Below are positions 21,312-30,120 of a stretch of DNA of 57,636 bases, in pieces; position 1 is the first letter of the stretch, and every line of letters begins with the position of its first letter. The translations under genes were made by a program, and so were the position numbers. The DNA is taken from the sequence record SRR31156797_1773; one strand, given 5' to 3'. The notes under the pieces are model-generated. The model saw only the letters and a program-made list of their open reading frames with translations. It did not search any database and had not been told where the DNA came from.

Positions 21312-22657
21312 TCAGATTGATTGAAAAATATTCCCAGGGTAAAAAAGTACTCATCCTTGGTTATGGAAGAGAGGGGAGATCGACTTATCGGTTTATTCGC
21401 CAAAAATTGCCTCATCTCGATGTTGGGGTTGCAGATATGAATGAAGCCATCGGAATGGAGTTATCCGGTGAGTTACCCACCGAAAAAGTTCATACGGGTG
21501 AGGCATATCTCAAATCCATTGGTTTATATGACGTGATCCTCAAATCACCGGGCATCCAAATTGATCAAGGCAGTGGGTTTAAAAATGGAAAAACCTGGCT
21601 GTCGCAAACCGGATTATTTCTGGAAAATTTTCGGGATCAAATCATCGGAATTACAGGAACCAAAGGGAAAAGTACAACTTCCAGCCTGATATATCATCTT
21701 TTAAAATCAGCGGGAAAGGATGCTGTTTTGGTCGGGAACATCGGTAAACCTCCATTTGATTTGCTAGAAAAAATCACAGAGGATACGATTATCGTTTTTG
21801 AACTATCCGGGAACCAGCTTGAAAATGTAACGGACTCACCCCACATTTCAGTTTTACTGAATTTGTTCCCGGAGCATTTGGATTATTTTGGTGAGGTGCA
21901 AAATTATTACCGGGCCAAGTTGAACATTTGCCGGTTCCAGCGGAAGGATGATATTTTTATTTTTGATGAGGGGAATCAAAACCTTCGGCAGCAGCTTCAG
22001 GCTTTCAAGCCTCCATCCCGGAAGTTAGCTTTGACGGTGAAGCCGGATAGCCGGAAAGAGCTTTTTGAGAAAGATCAGGTTGACCTTTTCTTTAAATCTT
22101 CAAATTTAAGAGGCAACCACAATCGAATAAATATTTTGGCTGCTGGCATGGCAGTGAAATCCTTGGGTGTTGGTGCTGACGATATCCTGGAAGGAATTAA
22201 AACCTTTATCCCTCTGCCTCACCGCCTGGAATATGTGGGTAAATTTTGCGGGATTGATTTTTACAATGATTCGATTTCAACAATTCCGGAATCGACCATG
22301 GAAGCAATAAAAACACTCAAAAATGTCAGAATGCTTATCCTGGGAGGTTTCGACCGGGGGATAGGTTACGGTAAACTGCTCAGGTTTTTGTCAGGTTCTG
22401 CGGTAAAGTATTTTGCATTTACCGGTCCGGCTGGCCACCGTATGATGCAGGAATTTGAAATGCTGAAAAATCAAGGACAACACTGTAGATTTTTCAATGG
22501 ATTCACAGAGATTTCAGATTGGTTTCCAAAAACAGGCCGGGGAAACGCTTGCCTTCTGTCGCCGGCAGCGCCCAGCTATGATGCCTTTAAGGATTTCGAG
22601 GAACGCGGAGATGTCTATAAAAAAATGGCAGAAAACCTTGCGATCTCCTGCCATTAA
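21308..22657 (+). CDS. murD: UDP-MurNAc-L-Ala--glutamate ligase (probably L-Glu-specific MurD2)
   Basis: ILGYGREG, KSPGI, GITGTKGKSTT, GNIG.P, EHLDY, LPHRLE, NDSISTIP, LLSPAAPSYD.F.DFEERG; ATGA overlap with murL. Confidence 0.92.
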   Translation: MIRLIEKYSQGKKVLILGYGREGRSTYRFIRQKLPHLDVGVADMNEAIGMELSGELPTEKVHTGEAYLKSIGLYDVILKSPGIQIDQGSGFKNGKTWLSQTGLFLENFRDQIIGITGTKGKSTTSSLIYHLLKSAGKDAVLVGNIGKPPFDLLEKITEDTIIVFELSGNQLENVTDSPHISVLLNLFPEHLDYFGEVQNYYRAKLNICRFQRKDDIFIFDEGNQNLRQQLQAFKPPSRKLALTVKPDSRKELFEKDQVDLFFKSSNLRGNHNRINILAAGMAVKSLGVGADDILEGIKTFIPLPHRLEYVGKFCGIDFYNDSISTIPESTMEAIKTLKNVRMLILGGFDRGIGYGKLLRFLSGSAVKYFAFTGPAGHRMMQEFEMLKNQGQHCRFFNGFTEISDWFPKTGRGNACLLSPAAPSYDAFKDFEERGDVYKKMAENLAISCH

Positions 22658-22725
22658 TATTTTAAATGGTTACCCGGATTGGTGATTAAAAATCAGTCAA
22701 TCCCAAGGTAGTAAAAACCTTCCGG

Positions 22726-22884
22726 TTATTTTTTAGCTTCCTTAACTTTTGTGAGGGTCTCGTCATGTTCAACATGTGTTTTCACCTGATCAAGAGGTGA
22801 TACACCCGGCTTCCGTGGACGACTTTTACCATATGAGCCTCTTACTCTTTTGCCTTTTTTGGTTCTTTGATCTCCTTTTCCCAT
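22726..22884 (-). CDS. thx: 30S ribosomal protein THX (bTHX), 52 aa; not in the ORF track
   Basis: Manual translation MGKGDQRTKKGKRVRGSYGKSRPRK PGVSPLDQVKTHVEHDETLTKVKEAKK*; matches the bTHX signature MGKGDxRTxRGKxxxGSYGKxRPRK. Confidence 0.92.
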   Translation of the reverse strand: MGKGDQRTKKGKRVRGSYGKSRPRKPGVSPLDQVKTHVEHDETLTKVKEAKK

Positions 22885-22998
22885 AATTAAAAATTATAAT
22901 AGTTTGATAGATTTTAATTTGAAGCGCAAAAGTATAATTTTTTGATGATATAAAAATCAACCCGTCAAAATCAATCAACAATCTTGATTTTCCTTAAC

Positions 22999-23032
22999 AA
23001 AAAAAGCCGGGTTCTTCAAGTTCCCGGCTTTT
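22999..23032 (-). terminator. Intrinsic terminator of the redox operon (possibly bidirectional)
   Basis: AAAAAAAGCCGGG...CCCGGCTTTT. Confidence 0.85.
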
Positions 23033-23058
23033 ATTCAAAAAATGGAGGTCATGAAATT

Positions 23059-23958
23059 TTATTCAAATTTATCGCCATCAACTTTTATCTTTCTTACCAA
23101 CAGTGCAACATAAACAATAGTTAGCCAAATGCCAATGGCCACCAATGAGAAACCGGCAAGTAGCCACAGTGGAATGTAATCGTTGTTTTTCCAAAGTGCA
23201 CGGCGTTCTGTCCAGTGATCTTTTGGGTTGATCAGGCCCCACTCTATTTCTGAGGTGGCTTCAGCCGGGTTGTATTCCATATCTTCGATACTCGCCACAA
23301 TATTCAAAACACCATTTTCATCACCAATGATATCATTGGGGAAAGTAACGGTAACTTCACCATTTTCATTGGTGTATTGTGTTTGGTTGAGAATGGACAA
23401 TGTGCCAAAATACCGTTCAACACCCAGGGTTACTTTAATCCGTTCTGCAGGGCTTTTTGTGCCATCATCAGCAACCTGTTCCACCTTTGCAGTCAATTCC
23501 TTCTTTTCTCCCTCCTCATTGAAAAACAGTGCGACTACCGCGTTTTTCATCACAAGGTCTTCGCGTTTTTTGGAAAGGGTTCTGATATAGTTAATTACAT
23601 TCCAAAGCTGTTCATCTGGCAATGCGGCAAAACTCGGCATCTGGCCGCGGCCTTCCTGTAGTTTCCAGAAAACTGCACCATCAGATTGTTGTTGGAATTT
23701 TTCATCAACCAGGCTTCCAGATTTAATCAGACCATCACCTTTGCCCTGCTCGCCATGGCAGGCTTTACATTGCAGATCAAAAAGGGCTTTACCGGCTTCA
23801 AGTGATGCTTTGTTGTCTTCGACAGGATTTTCAACGGCTGCTGCATTATCCGGAACTGGCCATGGAGGAAAGTCCTGCGCAATGGCAAAATAACTGCTAA
23901 AAATAAAAACCAGTAAAAGCGAACCAATTGTATATTTCTTGTTTCCAGTCATGTTCAT
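23059..23958 (-). CDS. Monoheme cytochrome c with Ig-like domain and C-terminal membrane anchor
   Basis: Signal peptide, CKACHG heme motif, distal GQMPSF, C-terminal TM helix; ATG at 23958 directly after the nrfD-like stop. Confidence 0.88.
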   Translation of the reverse strand: MNMTGNKKYTIGSLLLVFIFSSYFAIAQDFPPWPVPDNAAAVENPVEDNKASLEAGKALFDLQCKACHGEQGKGDGLIKSGSLVDEKFQQQSDGAVFWKLQEGRGQMPSFAALPDEQLWNVINYIRTLSKKREDLVMKNAVVALFFNEEGEKKELTAKVEQVADDGTKSPAERIKVTLGVERYFGTLSILNQTQYTNENGEVTVTFPNDIIGDENGVLNIVASIEDMEYNPAEATSEIEWGLINPKDHWTERRALWKNNDYIPLWLLAGFSLVAIGIWLTIVYVALLVRKIKVDGDKFE

Positions 23959-23959
23959 C

Positions 23960-25315
23960 TTATTTTTCAGCTTTAAAAATTTTATGAATACCACGGTCGT
24001 GTGCTTCTTCCCAGATGGGTACCACCGGGAAAATTCTTACCAACAAGGTGATGATCAGCAGCGCTCCCGCCAGTGTTGCCATATTTACTGCGATTTCGGT
24101 GTAGGTTGGTATATAATGTGTGAAATGTTCCGGCACATTCTGGATAGGGAATTGTGGATGGAACTGTGTGGGAACAACAATTATAAAACGTTTTACCCAA
24201 GCCCCCATCAGCACAAATAGCGCTATAATCAACGATGGAAGTGGTTTGCGCATCGGCTTGAATAGCATGAGCAATATCGGAAGTACCATACCTAAAATTT
24301 GTGTCAGCCAGAACAGTGGTGCTTCGTGGCCCAGAAATAACTCCTTCAGGTGTGCACCATCAAGTCGCTGCCAGGTGTAGCCCGGTACCAGGTATTCGTT
24401 TATGTTAAAATAGAGGTACAATAGTAAAGTCAGAACCAACAGTTTACCCATCATATCGAAATGTTTGTCGGTAAGATAGTCGGCCAGCTTATGACGTTTC
24501 CTGAAAACATACATGGCGATAATCACCGCGGCAGCCCCTGCAACAAAAGCACCTGCCACAAAGTAGGGCCCGAAAATCGTGCTGTGCCACCCGGCCCGGC
24601 TATTTACTGCAAATAACCAGGATGTTACGGTGTGAATTGAAAATGCTACAGGCAGGATTAGGATAATCATGATCCTGATGGATTTTTTAAGTAACTTCCA
24701 TTGTTTTTCAGTGCCCTGCCAACCTATCGACAGTAAGTTGTAAACTTTTCTTTGCCATATAGGTACATCAGTCATCCGGTCGCGGAGTATTGCAATATCC
24801 GGGATCATAGGGAGGTAGAGCAATACAATACTGATGGCCAGATAGGTGTTCACAATAAAAAAGTCCCACACAATGGGTGATTGCAAACGTCCGTGCAGCG
24901 GAATGTTTAAAACCCTGTCGGGACGACCCATGTCGATAACGATAGTTGCTGCAGCCATGGCAATTGCTCCCAGGGCAATTAATTCGGCAATGCGCGACAG
25001 CGGATTGGACCAGTTTTGATTGAGTAGCTTCAGAATGGCTGAGATCAGCGATCCAATTAAACTCACGGCTACCCAAAACACGAAACTTGCAATATAAAGC
25101 CCCCACGAAGAGTAATCTCGCATAGCGGTAACACCAAGACCTTCAACCAGCTGATGGCCATAGGCAACTGTTCCTAAAACAATGATTACGATCAGGAACC
25201 TTATCCATACCTGGTTCCAGAAAGTATTTTTATATAAGGGCCTGATTAGTTCTTCCCTTATCTGCTCAAATGATTTACTTCCTGGTTTTGCAGTGTTTGT
25301 AGATGATTCTTGCAT
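23960..25315 (-). CDS. nrfD: NrfD/PsrC/ActC-family polytopic membrane quinone-interacting subunit
   Basis: GLGVT, WGLYIASFVFW, RIAE, DMGRPDR, SPIVWDF, HTVTSWLF, GWHSTIFGPYFVAGA, WVKRFIIVVP. Confidence 0.9.
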   Translation of the reverse strand: MQESSTNTAKPGSKSFEQIREELIRPLYKNTFWNQVWIRFLIVIIVLGTVAYGHQLVEGLGVTAMRDYSSWGLYIASFVFWVAVSLIGSLISAILKLLNQNWSNPLSRIAELIALGAIAMAAATIVIDMGRPDRVLNIPLHGRLQSPIVWDFFIVNTYLAISIVLLYLPMIPDIAILRDRMTDVPIWQRKVYNLLSIGWQGTEKQWKLLKKSIRIMIILILPVAFSIHTVTSWLFAVNSRAGWHSTIFGPYFVAGAFVAGAAAVIIAMYVFRKRHKLADYLTDKHFDMMGKLLVLTLLLYLYFNINEYLVPGYTWQRLDGAHLKELFLGHEAPLFWLTQILGMVLPILLMLFKPMRKPLPSLIIALFVLMGAWVKRFIIVVPTQFHPQFPIQNVPEHFTHYIPTYTEIAVNMATLAGALLIITLLVRIFPVVPIWEEAHDRGIHKIFKAEK

Positions 25316-25405
25316 TTCTATAATTTGAGTTTTGTGAAACTTGCTGGAATTGTAAAACCAGAAATTCTCTGAAAAATGATATTTCCGGTTTATTTAATGT
25401 GATGA

Positions 25406-26362
25406 TTAACTTCGGTCTTCAGGATATTCGTCTTCATCCAGGAATTTATCCACAGGTTCATAATCAAAAGTTCTGTTCTTTGGCGGAAGGTAATATACCT
25501 GTGGCTTTGTTCCTAAATCTTCAAAATAGGTATAACCGGCATTTTCTTTGATTAGTTCACTAAATTTCCTTGTTTCGCCTGAAGTTCCGTTTGTTACTGC
25601 ATCTTCCATTTTATCACCAAACCAGTATACGCCATTCGGGCATGCTGATACGCAATAAGGAAGTTCACCTTTGCGAAGCCTGTCGGCACTAAACAAACAC
25701 TTGCTGATTGTGCCTTTCTTTTGCGGGACATTGAGCTCAACGTCATAAACCCGGTTGCGCTCTTCCTCCGTATATTCCGGTTCGAACCACTGGAAAATAC
25801 GTGCAGAATACGGGCAGGCTGCAATACAAAAACGGCAGCCGATGCACCGCTCATTGTCGATAAGAACAATACCGTCTTTTCTTTTAAAGGTGGCGTTGAC
25901 CGGACAAACTTTGGTACATGGCGGATTATCACAATGGAAACACGGTTTTGGCATGTAATAAGGTGCAGTGCTTTCCGAAGTCTGCATTTGTAAAACATTG
26001 ATATGATGTTGGTATGGAAGCAACTCGTGTGCACCCTGGCATGCCGACATGCATTTTCTGGCATTTTTACATTTCGACAGGTCGATCACCATCGTCCAAT
26101 GGTGTCCAACCAGGCCTTCACGACCACGTTCCTGAAGTTCGCTCAGTTTTTCTTTTCTTACTTTTTTAATTTGTGAAGGATCAACCTCAACCAAATCCCC
26201 GGTGGCAGTGAGTAACTTAATTTTTTCACCAGTAGATTCAGGCTCTGTGGAACATGAAGAAAGTACCCCGGCTCCGGCAATAGCACCGGCACCCAGCAGG
26301 GCTGAATTTTTCAAAAAATTTCTACGTGAGTCGTTTTTTGTCTGATCTTTTTCCTGTTTCAT
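25406..26362 (-). CDS. NrfC/PsrB/DsrO-family 4Fe-4S dicluster protein, Tat lipoprotein
   Basis: SRRNFLK Tat motif plus LSSC; MVIDL..C, CFHCDNPPCTKVCP, CIGCRFCIAACPY, PYCVSACP, GTKPQVYY. Confidence 0.9.
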   Translation of the reverse strand: MKQEKDQTKNDSRRNFLKNSALLGAGAIAGAGVLSSCSTEPESTGEKIKLLTATGDLVEVDPSQIKKVRKEKLSELQERGREGLVGHHWTMVIDLSKCKNARKCMSACQGAHELLPYQHHINVLQMQTSESTAPYYMPKPCFHCDNPPCTKVCPVNATFKRKDGIVLIDNERCIGCRFCIAACPYSARIFQWFEPEYTEEERNRVYDVELNVPQKKGTISKCLFSADRLRKGELPYCVSACPNGVYWFGDKMEDAVTNGTSGETRKFSELIKENAGYTYFEDLGTKPQVYYLPPKNRTFDYEPVDKFLDEDEYPEDRS

Positions 26363-26577
26363 CAATAAAAAAGGTATATGTGATTTGATTATCTGATTTC
26401 GCAAATAGAGGGTAAAATTAAAATTTAATTTCTTTAATAGGTGTTAAAATACTTAATTAGGAGAGATTTAAAAATAATCTAAATTATTTGGATTGCTGTG
26501 GATGGATCGGGCCTTTCCCCGATCATGGTATTCATTTGAATCTGTTATTTTCGCAAAACTAATTTTCATAAAACAAA

Positions 26578-28458
26578 ATGAGATTCCTGTCGACCATACT
26601 ATTTCTGAGTATTTATTTGTTGGCATCCGGGCAGGAACAGATAAAAGTGATGCACTACAACCTGCTGAATTTTGGAGTGCTAAACAGCTATTGTACCCTG
26701 GAGAATAACGATCCATCAGAAAAAATTGGTTGGGCCAAAACGATTGTGGATCATTATTTGCCCGATGTACTGGTGGTGAATGAGATTTCGCCCTCCGATT
26801 ATTACCAGAGCCTGTTTCTTGATGAGGTGATGAATACATCTGGTCGTGAAAATTATGCAAGGGCAATCGGAACAAACCAGGCAGGTTCCAATATTGCAAA
26901 CATGCTTTATTATGATGAAGATGTATTGGGAATTGCCAATCAGGACGTCATCAATTTCTGGTTACGTGATATAAACGTTTACCGGATGTATTATAAGGCC
27001 GCCGGATTATCCCAAAACAACGACACCACATTTTTGTATGTAATTTCTGCACATTTTAAAGCCGGAACCAGCGGAACAGATAAAACAACCCGGTCGCAAA
27101 TGGCAACAGCGATTGTGAATTACCTGCAGGAAAAACAGATTGCAGAAGCATGTTTACTTTGTGGTGACCTGAATTTGCAGAACAATCTTGAACCGGCTTG
27201 GAGTAACCTTACCGGTGGAAATGGTGAATATCAGTTTGTTGATCCAACGGGCCTTGAAGGTATATGGCACAATAACGCGGATTTTGCTTCGGTACATACG
27301 CAATCAACACAAACTGAATACGATGGATGCAAGGCTTCAGGCGGAATGGACGACCGTTTTGATTTTATACTGGCCAACAGTATTTTAACGGATCCGGAAA
27401 GCAAAGTGAGGTTGGTGGATGATTCATATGAAGTCCCCGGACAGGATGGGCTCAGGTTGAATGGTTCGTTGATTGATCCGCCAAATAACAGTGCACCGGC
27501 TGACGTAATTGAGGCGATGTTCAACATGTCAGATCATTTACCGGTAATAGTTGAACTTGAATTTGAGAAACTGAATCCGTTGCCTGAATCCTGGAACTAT
27601 ACAGTAACAGATGTTTTGCACGCTTTGTATTTACCTTTTGAAGTGCAGCCAACAGTAAATTCCGAGCCAATAACTGAGGGGTCGTATATTGGGATGTTTT
27701 ATACTGACGGTGGAACAGCTAATTGTGCCGGCTATAGCCAATGGGATGGAGGTACCGACATCGAACTAAAATGTTATGGAAATGATATAGCGAGCCGGAA
27801 TAAAAACGGCTTTTATGAAAATGAGCCCATTATTTTTAAGATTTTTGAAGTGCAACAACAATCTGAATATTTTGCTGGTACTGATTTTAATCCAGCATTT
27901 CCTGATCATGATGGCAGGTTTCACAGCAATGGTGTTTCGGTTTTGGATGGCCTGAATGCGGCGTACCTTCAGTATCACACCATCCTAATTAACGAAGGCT
28001 GGAATTCGCTATCCTCATTCATTGTGCCCAGATTACAAACTATCGAAAGTGTTTTTGGACCAAACTTGTCGAAGGTAATTTATATGCAGGACGGTAATTT
28101 GGAATGGTATCCCGAAGGCGGGATTTTAGATTTAACATACTGGACTGAAAATTCGTCTTTTTTACTCAAAGCCGTGGAATCATTTACTATCGATGTTGAC
28201 GGGCTTCTGGTTGATGAAACAAGTTTTATTCTCAATTTTGGTTGGAATATGATTTCAGTACCTGTGCCATGTTATGTGAATCCCGAAGATTTGGAAACAT
28301 ATCCACCCGGTGCGATAAATGCTATTCAGGCAATTTCTGACACACATGTTTTTTGGCCCGAAAAAGAAATTTTCACCCTGGATTTGCTGGTTCCTGGAAA
28401 TGCCTACCTGGTTTATGTAACAGACGACTGCTCCCTGACAATTGAATCCTGCAAATAA
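26578..28458 (+). CDS. Secreted endonuclease/exonuclease/phosphatase (EEP) domain protein with C-terminal beta-sandwich modules
   Basis: VMHYNLL, PDVLVVNEI, HFKAG, CGDLN, DRFDFIL, SDHLPV; signal peptide. Confidence 0.87.
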   Translation: MRFLSTILFLSIYLLASGQEQIKVMHYNLLNFGVLNSYCTLENNDPSEKIGWAKTIVDHYLPDVLVVNEISPSDYYQSLFLDEVMNTSGRENYARAIGTNQAGSNIANMLYYDEDVLGIANQDVINFWLRDINVYRMYYKAAGLSQNNDTTFLYVISAHFKAGTSGTDKTTRSQMATAIVNYLQEKQIAEACLLCGDLNLQNNLEPAWSNLTGGNGEYQFVDPTGLEGIWHNNADFASVHTQSTQTEYDGCKASGGMDDRFDFILANSILTDPESKVRLVDDSYEVPGQDGLRLNGSLIDPPNNSAPADVIEAMFNMSDHLPVIVELEFEKLNPLPESWNYTVTDVLHALYLPFEVQPTVNSEPITEGSYIGMFYTDGGTANCAGYSQWDGGTDIELKCYGNDIASRNKNGFYENEPIIFKIFEVQQQSEYFAGTDFNPAFPDHDGRFHSNGVSVLDGLNAAYLQYHTILINEGWNSLSSFIVPRLQTIESVFGPNLSKVIYMQDGNLEWYPEGGILDLTYWTENSSFLLKAVESFTIDVDGLLVDETSFILNFGWNMISVPVPCYVNPEDLETYPPGAINAIQAISDTHVFWPEKEIFTLDLLVPGNAYLVYVTDDCSLTIESCK

Positions 28459-28562
28459 TCCGATTCTTTTCTTATAAATTTTCTGTTTTTCATCATTATT
28501 CCTTTAAGTCAAATATCTCTGGATGTGCCTATTCATGATGGTTTTGGTAATTATTTTCCCGA

Positions 28563-28635
28563 TCAGTGTTTTCTGCCATCTTTTTAAGCAGGTGATATTC
28601 AGCCATGCAAATTGCTGGTGGCCAGGCTACATTTG
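28563..28635 (+). promoter_or_regulatory. Promoter of paralog 1: paired operator half-sites plus -7 box
   Basis: TTCTGCCA 28571-28578, TTCAGCCA 28598-28605, TACATTTG 28628-28635. Confidence 0.7.
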
Positions 28636-28701
28636 TATCATTAGTTCAACAAACAAAAAAGTTCTTTTACAAATTTTATTCATTTAAAAACAGAGGTTAT
28701 T

Positions 28702-29046
28702 ATGAAAACTTTAAATGTGATTTTAGTAGCAGTATTGGTGACGCTGACCACCATGGGCATGGCCCAAAACGTTGACAAGGTAGACCCGGTGTTCATTTCC
28801 AAGATGATCCCGATTGCATCAATCGATGTGAATTCAGGAATTGGCAGCGCAATTGCAGCCCAGGTTGATGCAAAGTTGTTCCTTTCAGGGAATAATCATA
28901 ACGGTATGTACGTGGCCACCGTTAGGTACGGTGGTAAGGTTTACAAAATTTATGGTACCTACATTCAGTGGGTACGTTTTTTGAGAGTCAATCCCAATCC
29001 TTTACCATCTGAAAAAGCTGATAAAAGTGGTAAAAAGATTGAGTAA
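28702..29046 (+). CDS. Small secreted protein, paralog 1 of 3
   Basis: Signal peptide ending GMAQ; QVD..LF...Y.A.V..GG.VYKIYGTY.QW.RF motif shared with neighbours. Confidence 0.88.
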   Translation: MKTLNVILVAVLVTLTTMGMAQNVDKVDPVFISKMIPIASIDVNSGIGSAIAAQVDAKLFLSGNNHNGMYVATVRYGGKVYKIYGTYIQWVRFLRVNPNPLPSEKADKSGKKIE

Positions 29047-29068
29047 AACATTTTTTTTTAAACTTCAG

Positions 29069-29094
29069 GGCCGCCTTCTGGTGGCCTTTTTTTT
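29069..29094 (+). terminator. Intrinsic terminator of paralog 1
   Basis: GGCCGCC-TTCT-GGTGGCC followed by T8. Confidence 0.88.
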
Positions 29095-29111
29095 GCACTC
29101 AGGCTATATGT

Positions 29112-29182
29112 TAGTAGATTCTGCCATTTTTATATTGAAGTAGATTCTGCCAAGGATTGAATTGCATGTGATTGTAGCTTTG
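29112..29182 (+). promoter_or_regulatory. Promoter of paralog 2: perfect 14-bp direct repeat plus -7 box
   Basis: AGTAGATTCTGCCA at 29113-29126 and 29139-29152; TAGCTTTG 29175-29182. Confidence 0.78.
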
Positions 29183-29229
29183 TTTTGTTGATTTAATTAA
29201 AAGTTCATACAAATAAAATGGAGGTTATT

Positions 29230-29568
29230 ATGAAAACTTTAAGAATCGTTTTACTGGCACTTTTTGCCACGTTCACATTGGTTTCGTTCGCTCAGCGTAG
29301 CGATAGGAACCATGCACAATTCAAATCTGAAATTGTGAAGATCACCACAATCGACAAAAGTTCAGCGCTTGGGCAAACCATCTTAAAACAGGTTGATCCT
29401 GATAAGTTGTTTAAAGACCGGGAACGTACGGGAACTTACATCGCAGTAGTTACATTTAATGGCGACCAGATAAAAATTTACGGAACATACTGGCAGTGGT
29501 TCAGATTTCTGAAATTGCATTACAGGGACTGGCCCAGCGTTGGCGAAGGAGATCCTCCGTTGCGATAG
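29230..29568 (+). CDS. Small secreted protein, paralog 2 of 3
   Basis: Start set at MKTL by homology; signal peptide ending SFAQ; QVDPDKLF...YIAVV...KIYGTYWQWFRF. Confidence 0.88.
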   Translation: MKTLRIVLLALFATFTLVSFAQRSDRNHAQFKSEIVKITTIDKSSALGQTILKQVDPDKLFKDRERTGTYIAVVTFNGDQIKIYGTYWQWFRFLKLHYRDWPSVGEGDPPLR

Positions 29569-29590
29569 TCGATGCTACGGTTACAAAAGG

Positions 29591-29620
29591 AGGCCATCTG
29601 TTTAGGTGGTCTTTTTTTTT
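29591..29620 (+). terminator. Intrinsic terminator of paralog 2
   Basis: AGGCCATCT-GTTT-AGGTGGTCT followed by a T tract. Confidence 0.85.
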
Positions 29621-29636
29621 GATCAGGAACACCCGC

Positions 29637-29708
29637 TAGCTGAATACAGCTATATTTTCTGATCGGGATAATCTGCTATTATTTCTGATGGCCCGGAACT
29701 TAGTTTTG
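29637..29708 (+). promoter_or_regulatory. Promoter of paralog 3: palindromic operator, second half-site and -7 box
   Basis: TAGCTGAATACAGCTA 29637-29652, ATCTGCTA 29671-29678, TAGTTTTG 29701-29708. Confidence 0.7.
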
Positions 29709-29758
29709 TCCTATCTTATTTAAACTATGGTTCACGAATAATAAAAACGGAGGTCATA

Positions 29759-30100
29759 ATGAAAGCTTTAAAAATGGTTTTAGTCACAATATTTGTTGTA
29801 TTTAGTGTAATGACATATTCCAGTGAATCTAATTCGCTGTCAGTTTCAAAGGTACCAGTAATGCTTGCGCATACTACAGCAAAGCATCTGCCAGAAGTTG
29901 TTTATTCTATAAATACCCAGGTTAATCCTGAGGTGTTGCTGGCCAGCAGCGAAAAAGTAATGCTCACAGCTAATGTAAAAGTTGATACACACAGTTACAT
30001 AATTTATGGTACCTACAAAGAATGGTATGAATTCTTTTATTCAAACGAGAAAAACATTCCCTTTGAGCAAGCAGATAAGTCCGAACGAAAAACGGAGTAA
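29759..30100 (+). CDS. Small secreted protein, paralog 3 of 3
   Basis: Signal peptide; QVNPEVLL...A.V......IIYGTYKEWYEF; C-terminus PFEQADKSERKTE matches paralog 1 PSEKADKSGKKIE. Confidence 0.88.
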   Translation: MKALKMVLVTIFVVFSVMTYSSESNSLSVSKVPVMLAHTTAKHLPEVVYSINTQVNPEVLLASSEKVMLTANVKVDTHSYIIYGTYKEWYEFFYSNEKNIPFEQADKSERKTE

Positions 30101-30120
30101 TTAGTTAGTCTATAGGATGG

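Noticed and set aside
23044-23113. GGAGGTC-ATG followed by a 20-codon plus-strand ORF
   Set aside because: SD-to-ATG spacing too short and the ORF is antisense to the cytochrome c 3' end
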